NCBI GenBank assembly: GCA_031426555.1 | Contig: JANPLN010000047.1 | Location: 1 to 47,253 of the forward strand | Direction: 5' to 3' | Source: Bdellovibrionales bacterium | Lineage (GTDB): Bacteria > Bdellovibrionota > Bdellovibrionia > Bdellovibrionales > JAGQZY01 | DNA length: 47,253 nucleotides | Shown here: in pieces, positions 1 through 8,564 of the stretch | Position numbering within the stretch: position 1 is the first letter of the stretch | How the letters are laid out: each line of letters begins with the position of its first letter | Translations under genes and position numbers: made by a program | The notes under the pieces: generated by a model | What the model saw: only the letters and a program-made list of their open reading frames with translations | The model's database searches: none | What the model was told of the DNA's origin: nothing

Positions 1-207
1 CATGAAGAGCTCGAAGCCACTGGCTACGAAGATAAATCCAACTTTGAGTTTTCGGCCATTCTCGGAGGAGAGTTTTTTCTCACCGGCTTGGACAGTTTAG
101 CGTTCACCTTCGAAACGGGAATTGGCATCATCACCGGCGACGGCGGTTCACGCTTTCGCACCATTGGTGACGACCTTTTTAGCGCTGGTATTATTTTTTA
201 CTTTTAA
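1..207 (+). CDS. 3' end of a probable outer-membrane beta-barrel protein (truncated by window edge)
   Basis: Frame 1 open from base 1 to TAA at 205-207: ...FSAILGGEFFLTGLDSLAFTFETGIG...FSAGIIFYF*; alternating beta-strand pattern and C-terminal Y-F signature. Not in the ORF track. Confidence 0.65.
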   Translation, partial: HEELEATGYEDKSNFEFSAILGGEFFLTGLDSLAFTFETGIGIITGDGGSRFRTIGDDLFSAGIIFYF

Positions 208-226
208 ATACATCAAAGGAGCATTT

Positions 227-607
227 GTGAAAAAAGTGATTCAATCAGACAACGCACCAAAGCCTGTGGGCCCCTACTCGCAAGCCATCGAAGCGGGAAA
301 CATGCTTTTTTGCTCCGGTCAAATTGCCATTGATCCTGCGACCGACACAGTTTTGACCGGTGATGTGGAAACGCAAACCCGCCAAGTGATGAAAAACATC
401 AAAGCCGTTTTAGACAAAGCTGGCTACACTTGGAATCAAATCGTAAAAACAACGATCTTTCTGACTGATATGGCAGACTTTGCAAAAGTAAATGCGATCT
501 ACGCCGAAGCTTTTAAAGAACTCCCGCCAGCACGCTCAACAGTTCAGGTTTCCGGATTGCCTAAAGGTGTAAACGTTGAGATCGAAGTGACTGCCTACAA
601 GGGATGA
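227..607 (+). CDS. ridA: RidA/YjgF family enamine/imine deaminase
   Basis: APKPVGPYSQAI, FCSGQI, PARSTVQV..LPKGVNVEIE motifs; GTG start at 227 after AAAGGAG RBS (ORF-track start 122 overlaps the upstream gene). Confidence 0.93.
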   Translation: MKKVIQSDNAPKPVGPYSQAIEAGNMLFCSGQIAIDPATDTVLTGDVETQTRQVMKNIKAVLDKAGYTWNQIVKTTIFLTDMADFAKVNAIYAEAFKELPPARSTVQVSGLPKGVNVEIEVTAYKG

Positions 608-1173
608 AAAGACCAATAACTTATTGGTTCTCGGTGGCGGGAGCTTTGTTACTTTTGGTTTTGTTTTTTCGCTGGTGGATCGTCGAAGCTGTTCTCATCA
701 ACGAACAGCCCGTCAACGCTTGGACAGATGCCCAGCAAGCCGATTGTGCCATCGTCCTCACTGGCGAGCGCAACCGTTTGGATGAAGGCCTTGATCTTCT
801 TTATCAGAGCAAAGTAAAAAAACTCATCATCTCGGGCGTCAATCCCACATCCCATCTCGAGGAAATTTTTCCCCACTTGATGTTTTACGGAAAGATTCAA
901 AAAGAAGATATTGTGCTCGAAAAAAATTCCAAAACAACTTACGGCAATGCCCAACAAACGCTACCACTGATAGAAGCCCTCAAATGCCAAGATGTGATTT
1001 TGATCACGTCCCGCCTCCATATGCGTCGCTCTTTTAAAACATTTCAGGCCGCGTTTCCACCAAACATCACCATTTATCCACGGGCCACATTAGGACGGCA
1101 AAACGTTGTCCCCTGGGATCAGCTCGCAATGGAGTCATTAAAATCCATCTTCTACAGCCCGTGGGCGTATTAA
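604..1173 (+). CDS. YdcF/DUF218 (ElyC/SanA-like) family protein
   Basis: N-terminal TM, AIVLTG..R, LIISG, E..SKTTYGNA, LITSRLHMRR motifs; ATGA overlap with ridA. Confidence 0.85.
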   Translation: MKRPITYWFSVAGALLLLVLFFRWWIVEAVLINEQPVNAWTDAQQADCAIVLTGERNRLDEGLDLLYQSKVKKLIISGVNPTSHLEEIFPHLMFYGKIQKEDIVLEKNSKTTYGNAQQTLPLIEALKCQDVILITSRLHMRRSFKTFQAAFPPNITIYPRATLGRQNVVPWDQLAMESLKSIFYSPWAY

Positions 1174-1175
1174 CC

Positions 1176-1190
1176 GGTGCCTCTGGCACC
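1176..1190. repeat. Short palindrome GGTGCC-TCT-GGCACC between convergent genes (variant of the GGTAC-N3-GTACC family)
   Basis: Perfect 6-bp inverted repeat with 3-nt loop touching the TAG of the minus-strand gene. Confidence 0.5.
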
Positions 1191-1960
1191 TAACAGCCGG
1201 ATGGCGCGAGGCGCGGAGAATTTTTGATTTCGTCGGTAAAGTTGAGCCAAGCGGCTCGGCCTTTACAGCGAGGAAGAATTCGTTCGGCGGTTTTCACTGG
1301 CATTGCCGGGCACCCCAAAGAATTGCCGACATTTTTTTTATCGATTTCGTCCACCACATAAGGGGCACCGTGAGTGACTTTTCCCACCGACGCTGCTGTC
1401 CAATTGGATTTTTCCACACCGTAGAGTCCAAGCCCCATGGACGTGTATTTCATTATGGCCTCACCCTGAAACTTGTAAGTATCGTTCGCTGTGAGAAACA
1501 ACCCAGACAGCGTCGTGCCTGTTGGCTTCAAAGAATTTGTAAATGTCGTTGGCTTTCCATCCACCTCCACAGATCCTCGCCCGTGGGCCACTAAAAAACT
1601 TTCGATCACTGGTGCGGAATCTTTCTGTAAAAAAATACAATGTCCACGGTCTTCATTTTTATGTTTCGTATAATCAATCACACACAGACAGGATTCGTTC
1701 TCGATGCCTGTTTTGAGTTGTTCCTTTTTGAGTTTTCCATCTTGCCAGCGAATTTTATAATTTTTTTCCTGCAGGCAGGATTTATCTTTCAAACCGCCCA
1801 CGGAGGCGCGGTTGTTTTTATAAAAATTAAAAATTTTATCCACCGCAGGGTCGGGAATTTTTTTTTGTTGTTTCACATCCAAAACAAACTGTTCAATTTG
1901 CGGGTCAGAAAAAAGAGCTGCACTCCAAACGAAGTTTACAACAAGAACAAGATAAATCAT
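1190..1960 (-). CDS. Murein L,D-transpeptidase catalytic domain protein (YkuD_2 family), secreted
   Basis: Signal-like N-terminus; VIDY, VAHGRGS, T..SGLF.T, L.L.G.E..N, HGAPYV...GNSLGCPA with catalytic His/Cys. Confidence 0.85.
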   Translation of the reverse strand: MIYLVLVVNFVWSAALFSDPQIEQFVLDVKQQKKIPDPAVDKIFNFYKNNRASVGGLKDKSCLQEKNYKIRWQDGKLKKEQLKTGIENESCLCVIDYTKHKNEDRGHCIFLQKDSAPVIESFLVAHGRGSVEVDGKPTTFTNSLKPTGTTLSGLFLTANDTYKFQGEAIMKYTSMGLGLYGVEKSNWTAASVGKVTHGAPYVVDEIDKKNVGNSLGCPAMPVKTAERILPRCKGRAAWLNFTDEIKNSPRLAPSGC

Positions 1961-2781
1961 AAAGACGCTCGCATCTCTGTGACAACCTTAAGGGCCGCCG
2001 CCTGTGCGGACTCCGCCACGGTCTCGCTTCCCGCGTAAAGGATGCCGCGCGAAGAATTAATGATGAGACCTTTTCGTTTTGAATTTAAACCAGCACGTAA
2101 AACAGCCTTTAAATCGCCGCCCTGCGCTCCCACACCGGGAACAAGCAAAGTCATGTCGCCAACAATCCCACGAATTTTCTTTAAAGCGTCGATATGGGTG
2201 GCTCCCACCACCAACATGACGTTTTGATTTTGATTCCATTCTTGCGCAGCTTTTTTTGCCACAATTTCGTAAAGCTGCGAACCTGTTGTATCGCTTGGCG
2301 CAGAGAGCACCGACAAATCCTGCAGATCTCCACTGCCAGCATTGGAGGTTTTGCAAAGAACGATGACCCCCTTTTCGGCATACTTTAAATACGGCGCGAG
2401 CGTGTCTCCGCCCATGTAAGGATTCACTGTCACAGCATCCGCCGCATAACGTTCGAAAGCCTCTTTCGCATACATTGTTGCTGTGTCGCCAATATCCCCG
2501 CGCTTCGAATCTAAAATCACCGGAATATTTAATTTGCGAATGTAGCGAATGGTTTCCGCAAGCTCATCCTCAGCCCCAACAGCCGAGTAATACGCGATTT
2601 GCGGTTTATAGGCACAAACCAGATTTTTTGTGGCTTCGATAATGACTTTATTAAACTCGAAAAAGGGTTTGGCCTTTTGCAAAAAATCCTTGGGGATTTG
2701 CCGAGGATCAGGGTCCAATCCCACACATAACAGCGTTTTATTTTTAGCCATCAAGGCTTCGAGATTTTCTAAGAACTTCAT
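1957..2781 (-). CDS. pyrF: Orotidine-5'-phosphate decarboxylase (type 2)
   Basis: LCVGLDP, YKPQIAYY, ILDSKRGDIGDTA, VTVNPYMG, LVPGVGAQGG, INSSRGILYA. Confidence 0.96.
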   Translation of the reverse strand: MKFLENLEALMAKNKTLLCVGLDPDPRQIPKDFLQKAKPFFEFNKVIIEATKNLVCAYKPQIAYYSAVGAEDELAETIRYIRKLNIPVILDSKRGDIGDTATMYAKEAFERYAADAVTVNPYMGGDTLAPYLKYAEKGVIVLCKTSNAGSGDLQDLSVLSAPSDTTGSQLYEIVAKKAAQEWNQNQNVMLVVGATHIDALKKIRGIVGDMTLLVPGVGAQGGDLKAVLRAGLNSKRKGLIINSSRGILYAGSETVAESAQAAALKVVTEMRASL

Positions 2782-2817
2782 ATAGCCATTATACGACCAT
2801 CAGCCGCTAGGAGCAAG

Positions 2818-4011
2818 TTACGGTTTTTTCCAAAGATCCGATAAATAAATTAATGCCAAAAGGGAAATCGAATCGCTGTAATAGTCGTATTTTTGCTTCA
2901 TAATCAAATCCCAGCCCCTGTTTACAAACGTTTGGTATTTTGCATCGGTGGCTGCAGCCATGATCCAAGGTGCCGTAAATGCTGCGGACGAATAACTCAC
3001 TTGGGGTTTTCCATCTAAAAAATACCCGGCTTTGATATTTTCAGGTCGACCCGCAGTTTTTTGAACAAGCCACCTAAGACTTAACGAAAGGGAGCTCAAG
3101 GCTTCCAAGCGATTATTCAGTTTATAATCGATCGCCATTCTTAAAGGATATCGACAGGCGTTCCAAGAATAATCCACCAAGCCTTCATCCAAATAATTGA
3201 AGGGTGCGGGGCGAGGATTTCTATCTATAACAAAGTCCGGCATGAGTCCGCTGATGGGTGAATGGTTTTTTTGTATAGACGCTGTAAGCTGATAAACAAC
3301 TTGTACCGCATTTTTCCAAAATGGATCCTGGGTGTAGGTGTAAAAACTTTCAAAATGGGAAGCCATCCAGTCCGAGGATCGCGTATTATAATTGTCTTGG
3401 TCCCAATCACCCAAATTTGTACGCCCGCTAGAGGTAAAATCCGACACTTTGATTCCTTTTTGAATCAAATTCTTAGCTAAACTGAGATAATTGTGCGCTC
3501 CGCCTTGTGAACCCCACTTTTTGTGGGCGAGTAAAAGGGCATAAGCGATATCCAGATCTCCATCCGTCGCGGAACCATAACGATTTGAGAAGTTTTTGTG
3601 AATCATCCACGACATTGTGTAAGGATTGAGGGTACTCCGAAAAGTATTATACGAATTTACAAATCCATCAAAAATATTTCTTGCATTAACGTCAAAGTGA
3701 GCCAACTGCACAAACGTTAACATTCCATAACCGTGCGCTTCAGAGGTGGACACCGAGTTTTCTCCATTGGGACCGAGGCCTTGCATCTCGATGTAGTAGA
3801 GAAGAGTTCCATTGCTTTTTTTAAACGTTCTTAAATATTTACTCTTCCAGTAAAAGTAATAGTCTTTGAGCTGCATGGTCATTTTTTGTGACGACAGATG
3901 ATTGGGCCTAAAAAGCTTACCACTCGTTACTGTGTTGCTCGAAACCAGTTCTGATGCAAAAGACTGATGCATAAAAAGAAAACTGCAAATGACCAAAACA
4001 AGCTGCTTCAC
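2818..4011 (-). CDS. Glycoside hydrolase family 8, chitosanase/endoglucanase (ChoK-like), secreted
   Basis: TSEAHGYGM (acid Glu), SATDGDLDIAYALLLAHKKWG, LGDWD, TRSSDWM, PAPFNYLDE..YSWNACRYP, YYSDS; GTG 4011 after GGAG RBS, then signal peptide. Confidence 0.88.
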   Translation of the reverse strand: MKQLVLVICSFLFMHQSFASELVSSNTVTSGKLFRPNHLSSQKMTMQLKDYYFYWKSKYLRTFKKSNGTLLYYIEMQGLGPNGENSVSTSEAHGYGMLTFVQLAHFDVNARNIFDGFVNSYNTFRSTLNPYTMSWMIHKNFSNRYGSATDGDLDIAYALLLAHKKWGSQGGAHNYLSLAKNLIQKGIKVSDFTSSGRTNLGDWDQDNYNTRSSDWMASHFESFYTYTQDPFWKNAVQVVYQLTASIQKNHSPISGLMPDFVIDRNPRPAPFNYLDEGLVDYSWNACRYPLRMAIDYKLNNRLEALSSLSLSLRWLVQKTAGRPENIKAGYFLDGKPQVSYSSAAFTAPWIMAAATDAKYQTFVNRGWDLIMKQKYDYYSDSISLLALIYLSDLWKKP

Positions 4012-4073
4012 TTTATCTCCGTTCGTTGAATACCTATTCAACCAACGGAGTTTTGCTTACTTTTATAAAGAAT

Positions 4074-5705
4074 TTATTCGTGTCGTTTTGAGAATTTCGC
4101 TACTAAGGTCGCAAATAACAGGCCTGTTGATGACATCGTCAACGTGGGTTCATTGGTGATGTAGTCCTGAACATCGTCGTGAACAACAGCCATCTTGTCT
4201 TGCCAGGGTTTAAAACGATCTGAAGTTTTCAAAACAATTTTGTGTGAATTAAAAACTTCTTCCGATACCGGACCTGGTGCCCAGTATCCAGGTACATTTA
4301 TTTTTTTCAGATCGGCGACTTGATGGTGGGGATACAAAAAATTGTTATGACCAACCTGACTTACAAAACTCACACCCCATTGATTCGCTCCCAACATGTA
4401 ATCCCACTGGCTGAGTGCAAACTGTAAATACGCTTCCGTAGGAACGAGTTGATGGTACATTAAGGCTGCGAGAGCCATTCCCTGGATATGCAAATTGCAG
4501 CCCCAGAAAAATGATTCTACAGAGTAATTGAAAATTGTTTTTTGGCTTTTCGTTAGCGCCGATTCAAAAATTGCTTTCAACTGCTTTAATGCTATCTCTC
4601 TGTGAGGTTCGCTATACAAAGCCAGTTTGTAATAGACGAGGATGTGCACATGACCATAATCAAACGTGTATGGGTTTTTTAAGGTTTCGATAAAGCGTAG
4701 AGCCTGCACCAAGTACGTTTTATCCCCTGTCAGGTAAAACATCTCGAGAGCCGCCAATGCCATGTCGTCTTTACCCTGTTCTTCATCATAAAAGTTATTA
4801 GTAGCCGGCTGTGATTTTGTGAGCTTGAGCGCCCTTTCGTAAAGCTGTCTCGCTCGAAACTCCCACCGCGATGCCTCTTTTGGGGCGGTCGATTTCTGCA
4901 GTTGCGCCAGTAAAGCCATCGCCGCGACGGTTCGCCCAAAAATATTTTCCCCGCTGTTATTTTCCAACGGATACACCTTAACAATTTTATTAGTCACTGC
5001 TGGACTATCTGGAAGGGACCAGTAGGCATGTTCGGATTCATCGCCTACTTGTGAAAGCGCAGGCTCGGACAACATCTTATCGAGCCACTGAACGCCCCAG
5101 AGAACCTCGTCCACGATAGCAGGCTCCCCGCTCGCCACCGCGGACTGGGCCAGCAAAAGGGTTGCAAAACTTGTTGTCAGCGTGAATCGGATGTAATCTC
5201 CAGCATCATGCCAACCACCATCAATATTTCTTCCATCGAGACTCGAACCGTCGTTCATCGTTAATGTCCTCGACGAGCAGGTTTCGCACTTCTGAAATTT
5301 AAAAAATTTTAAGGTTTCTAGAGCCAACCTAGAAGACGACTCTTTTTGAACACGCAAAACCGGAGACTCTTCTCCATTCACTTGCAAATTATACGCCCCC
5401 TCGTCGAGCCCAGGAACTAGAATTTTATAAGTCGCAAAGTCTTTGAAGTCGCTCGAGGCTGAAACCGACAGATTTCTCTTTTTTCCTTCACTCACTAATG
5501 TTGCGGAAATTTTTTTTTTACTTTTTTCCAGCAATACCCAAACGATAAATGGTTGGTGGGGAAGGTATCCAAGCTGATTGTATCTAAAGTGCACTTTCGG
5601 AGCTCGTTGCAAAGAAACTAAAGCGTAGATCATGAAAAGAATAAAGAAAACACATAGAAAAAAACCGATAAAATATTTATACTTTAAAACGATATTACGT
5701 TGCAT
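4074..5705 (-). CDS. Glycoside hydrolase family 9 with N-terminal TM anchor and Ig-like domain
   Basis: N-terminal hydrophobic helix; YNQLGYLP (CelD_N-like), GGWHDAGDY, DYMLGAN.WGVSF, PHHQ, DYITNEP; catalytic residues present. Confidence 0.88.
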   Translation of the reverse strand: MQRNIVLKYKYFIGFFLCVFFILFMIYALVSLQRAPKVHFRYNQLGYLPHQPFIVWVLLEKSKKKISATLVSEGKKRNLSVSASSDFKDFATYKILVPGLDEGAYNLQVNGEESPVLRVQKESSSRLALETLKFFKFQKCETCSSRTLTMNDGSSLDGRNIDGGWHDAGDYIRFTLTTSFATLLLAQSAVASGEPAIVDEVLWGVQWLDKMLSEPALSQVGDESEHAYWSLPDSPAVTNKIVKVYPLENNSGENIFGRTVAAMALLAQLQKSTAPKEASRWEFRARQLYERALKLTKSQPATNNFYDEEQGKDDMALAALEMFYLTGDKTYLVQALRFIETLKNPYTFDYGHVHILVYYKLALYSEPHREIALKQLKAIFESALTKSQKTIFNYSVESFFWGCNLHIQGMALAALMYHQLVPTEAYLQFALSQWDYMLGANQWGVSFVSQVGHNNFLYPHHQVADLKKINVPGYWAPGPVSEEVFNSHKIVLKTSDRFKPWQDKMAVVHDDVQDYITNEPTLTMSSTGLLFATLVAKFSKRHE

Positions 5706-6595
5706 GTTAGTTGCAACCCTTCATAAATCCAAGCTGACTGATTTTGCGAACTTCGAATTTTATTATAAACCAAACGAACATGATTACCATCAAATTGTCC
5801 CCATTGAAGACCCGCAGCCATTAAATATCCTTCGCCGGATAAATTATTTTCTTTAAAATAATTTAGATTCAAAGCAAAAATGCCGGAAAATTTACCATAT
5901 AGAGGAAAGCTGGAATCAAAGCGCGGTCCGTGATTAAAAAATCTGTCTGGCGACCAGTAGCCAACAGCTGTTTGGTCGTAAGACAAACCGTGAACTCCGT
6001 ATCCAACCCAGATCCACGGCCAGCTCGGAGAGAGCCCATAGTGAGTGGAAACATCATAAAGATAGCCTTTGTTTTCGTCGTTTAGATGGGTATGGAAACC
6101 TTGAACACTTGATTTCCAAATGGGATTCCAGTGATAGTTGAATACGATTGTTTTTCTAAATTCGTTTAACAAAACGCCCTGCGACGCAGTGCTTTTGAGA
6201 GTTTCGGCCAAAGATTGTTTTTCGAGAGAAACTAGAAAATCGAACTTGTTCAATACTTTTTGATAACTCAGTTTCCCCATGACTGTCTGTCGATTGTCGA
6301 CAGGTCCCTCAAGCCAGACATGGCTCAAAGCCAAACCCAACACACCTTGTTCCGACAGAATCACCTCGCGCCCAACCTCAAATTTGTGCACGCCCGATGT
6401 TCCAGGCTCAAGTTCTCTGCGAAACTCTAACTCTTGCTCTAAAACACCCACCCACGTTTTATCAGAAAAATCATATCTTGCACTTCCGCCTCGCAAATAG
6501 ATTTCGTCTGATGTTCTGATAGTCTCCAACACCAGATTCGATCCACAACAAACTCCGCAAAAAAAGAGAACTAGAGCAAAGATGTAAAACTTCAT
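5684..6595 (-). CDS. Outer-membrane beta-barrel protein, putative polysaccharide export pore
   Basis: Signal peptide, amphipathic strands, C-terminal Phe, GYWSP motif reminiscent of BcsC/PgaA-type export barrels; ATG 6595 lies 2 nt after the upstream stop. Confidence 0.6.
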   Translation of the reverse strand: MKFYIFALVLFFCGVCCGSNLVLETIRTSDEIYLRGGSARYDFSDKTWVGVLEQELEFRRELEPGTSGVHKFEVGREVILSEQGVLGLALSHVWLEGPVDNRQTVMGKLSYQKVLNKFDFLVSLEKQSLAETLKSTASQGVLLNEFRKTIVFNYHWNPIWKSSVQGFHTHLNDENKGYLYDVSTHYGLSPSWPWIWVGYGVHGLSYDQTAVGYWSPDRFFNHGPRFDSSFPLYGKFSGIFALNLNYFKENNLSGEGYLMAAGLQWGQFDGNHVRLVYNKIRSSQNQSAWIYEGLQLTCNVISF

Positions 6596-6597
6596 CT

Positions 6598-7017
6598 CTA
6601 GGTCCAACGCCAATAATCAATCTGATTGGAGATGGGCTCAGAGAATGATGGGACTTTTGTTACATTGTCGATATTAATGATATCTGAACAAATATCGCCT
6701 TTTTTTAAAAAACCACCAGGCTTCGGACAATAAATATGAGGACGTACGTCGATGAAAGATTCTTTCTGTGGTATCTCTAAACCAATTGACGGAACCACCA
6801 ATCGCGGCAGAAATACATCCAATCGACTAAAAAGCGTTTGCACGTAGAATGATGTTGAGACTGCGATAATGAGAGCGGGTGCCGATGTGGAAATAAAAAT
6901 TCTTTTTTTCACAGCTTTCGAATTTTGCAGGTTTCTGTATTGTCCATAAAATAATAAAGTCGCCGAAAAACTGATAAAAATAACGATTCCTACGATTTGT
7001 TCAATATATATCAGCAT
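6598..7017 (-). CDS. Small membrane protein (2 N-terminal TM helices), putative synthase partner (PgaD-like by size and topology only)
   Basis: 139 aa, two hydrophobic segments; start overlaps the 3' end of the GT2 gene. Confidence 0.55.
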   Translation of the reverse strand: MLIYIEQIVGIVIFISFSATLLFYGQYRNLQNSKAVKKRIFISTSAPALIIAVSTSFYVQTLFSRLDVFLPRLVVPSIGLEIPQKESFIDVRPHIYCPKPGGFLKKGDICSDIINIDNVTKVPSFSEPISNQIDYWRWT

Positions 7018-8392
7018 GTAAACTCTCTTTGCTAGGCGCTAGACCATATCGATCTAGTTTATCCCAGCTCATCGCCGTTTTTTGCCACTCTTCTCGCAGA
7101 CAAAAAAACTTCCATGTTGTGATAATGATTGAAAAAGTAAATCTAGAAAAAATAAGAACAATAAACTGAAACAAAACGCCACGTCTAAAGAGCAAACCGG
7201 AACATAGAAGCAGCAAACTCTCAGATAAAAAAATCATCGCGTTATAGCCAACAAATAAATTAACTTTGGCTGAGGCCACAAATTGCCCCAAGAAAAACAT
7301 CAGCAAACAAAAGTCCATCACCGGTGTCCAAACTTTTTCCATCAAAAGGTAAGAAACAAAAATATTCTTATGCTTGAAGGATGCACCTTGAAGGGAGTCC
7401 ATATTTTTTCGAAGAGCTTGATAAATTCCCCGAGTCCAGCGGTAACGCTGTCGCATAAGCGCCGAACATCGTTCAGGCACCTCAGTGTAAGAAATCATCT
7501 TTGGTTCGAATACAACCCGACCACCGGTGGTGATCAAGCGCAAGGTGAGTTCAGTGTCTTCAGCAAAAGTGGCGGCATCGGTTTCATAGCCGTTTACAGA
7601 CTCCAGTGAAGAGCGGCGAAAAAGGCCTACAGGGCCAGGAATGATGTTAACCAAACCAAAATTAGACATGAAAGATTTTTGTAAATCTCCCAGTCCGTAC
7701 TCCAAATCTTGATACAATGCGATCCATTTTTCGGAGTTAGCTACGCACACGGCCCCGGCAACTGCAACCACACTGGAGTCGCTTTGTAAGTGAGCCACTC
7801 CTTTGTCGAGGGCCTCTGGATGCAACAAACTATCGGCATCCACACACAAAAGGTATTCACCCCGTGCAACTCTAATTCCACGATTCAGTGCATGGGCTTT
7901 GCCAGCGTTTTTCTGAGTAACAACTTCAACCCTGTGTTGGCACTCCGGGATCAACGACTTTACAATTTCGACAGTGTTATCAACACTTCCGTCATCAGAT
8001 ACTATGATTTCAAAATGAGGGTACTTACTACGGTCCAAACTTTGCAAACTCTTGCGTATGACCGCAGCTTCGTTATAGCAAGGAACAATAATGGAAACTA
8101 AAGGAGGATTTGAATCTATTTGTGCGGCAACAGATTTTTCAAGTTTAAATTTCCAGCGAAGAGCCCCGAACAAATAGAAATACATTCGAGCCACTTGATA
8201 AAACGATACAAAAAAAATAAAAAGATAGCCAAAAACAGGATTTTTAATCCAACAACCCACAAAGAAACTGCCGAACACCAAAACGAGGGATAAGGATTTG
8301 AGTCGCGATTCACTAGCGGGTGAGAGTGATGGTGAATTCAGCTGTACATTCGCTTCCACGGGAACCTTCAAAAATTCGGTTGAGCTGCTCAA
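7001..8392 (-). CDS. Processive GT2 glycosyltransferase (PgaC/IcaA-like polysaccharide synthase)
   Basis: VSIIVPCYNE, DDGSVD, KAHALN, VDAD, AEDTELT, QRYRW (D,D,D,QxxRW); 2 N-terminal and about 3 C-terminal TM helices; no PilZ domain. Confidence 0.9.
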   Translation of the reverse strand: MSSSTEFLKVPVEANVQLNSPSLSPASESRLKSLSLVLVFGSFFVGCWIKNPVFGYLFIFFVSFYQVARMYFYLFGALRWKFKLEKSVAAQIDSNPPLVSIIVPCYNEAAVIRKSLQSLDRSKYPHFEIIVSDDGSVDNTVEIVKSLIPECQHRVEVVTQKNAGKAHALNRGIRVARGEYLLCVDADSLLHPEALDKGVAHLQSDSSVVAVAGAVCVANSEKWIALYQDLEYGLGDLQKSFMSNFGLVNIIPGPVGLFRRSSLESVNGYETDAATFAEDTELTLRLITTGGRVVFEPKMISYTEVPERCSALMRQRYRWTRGIYQALRKNMDSLQGASFKHKNIFVSYLLMEKVWTPVMDFCLLMFFLGQFVASAKVNLFVGYNAMIFLSESLLLLCSGLLFRRGVLFQFIVLIFSRFTFSIIITTWKFFCLREEWQKTAMSWDKLDRYGLAPSKESLHADIY

Positions 8393-8564
8393 AAACTAAA
8401 CAGGTTCTACAGCTTTTAATACGTTGAGTCAAATTTGTTTTTAATTAGTAAACTATTGATATATTTGTAATCTTTTCATTTACATTGCAATGCGTAATAT
8501 TTCTTGATAGGACTCTAATGCATCGCACATTTCACTGTCCAATAGGCCCATGGAGATCGATTCT

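Noticed and set aside
7001..8392. Calling the GT2 bcsA (cellulose synthase) or the locus a canonical pgaABCD
   Set aside because: Too short for BcsA, with no PilZ and no BcsB; no TPR-barrel PgaA or CE4-GH153 PgaB architecture. Gene symbols withheld.
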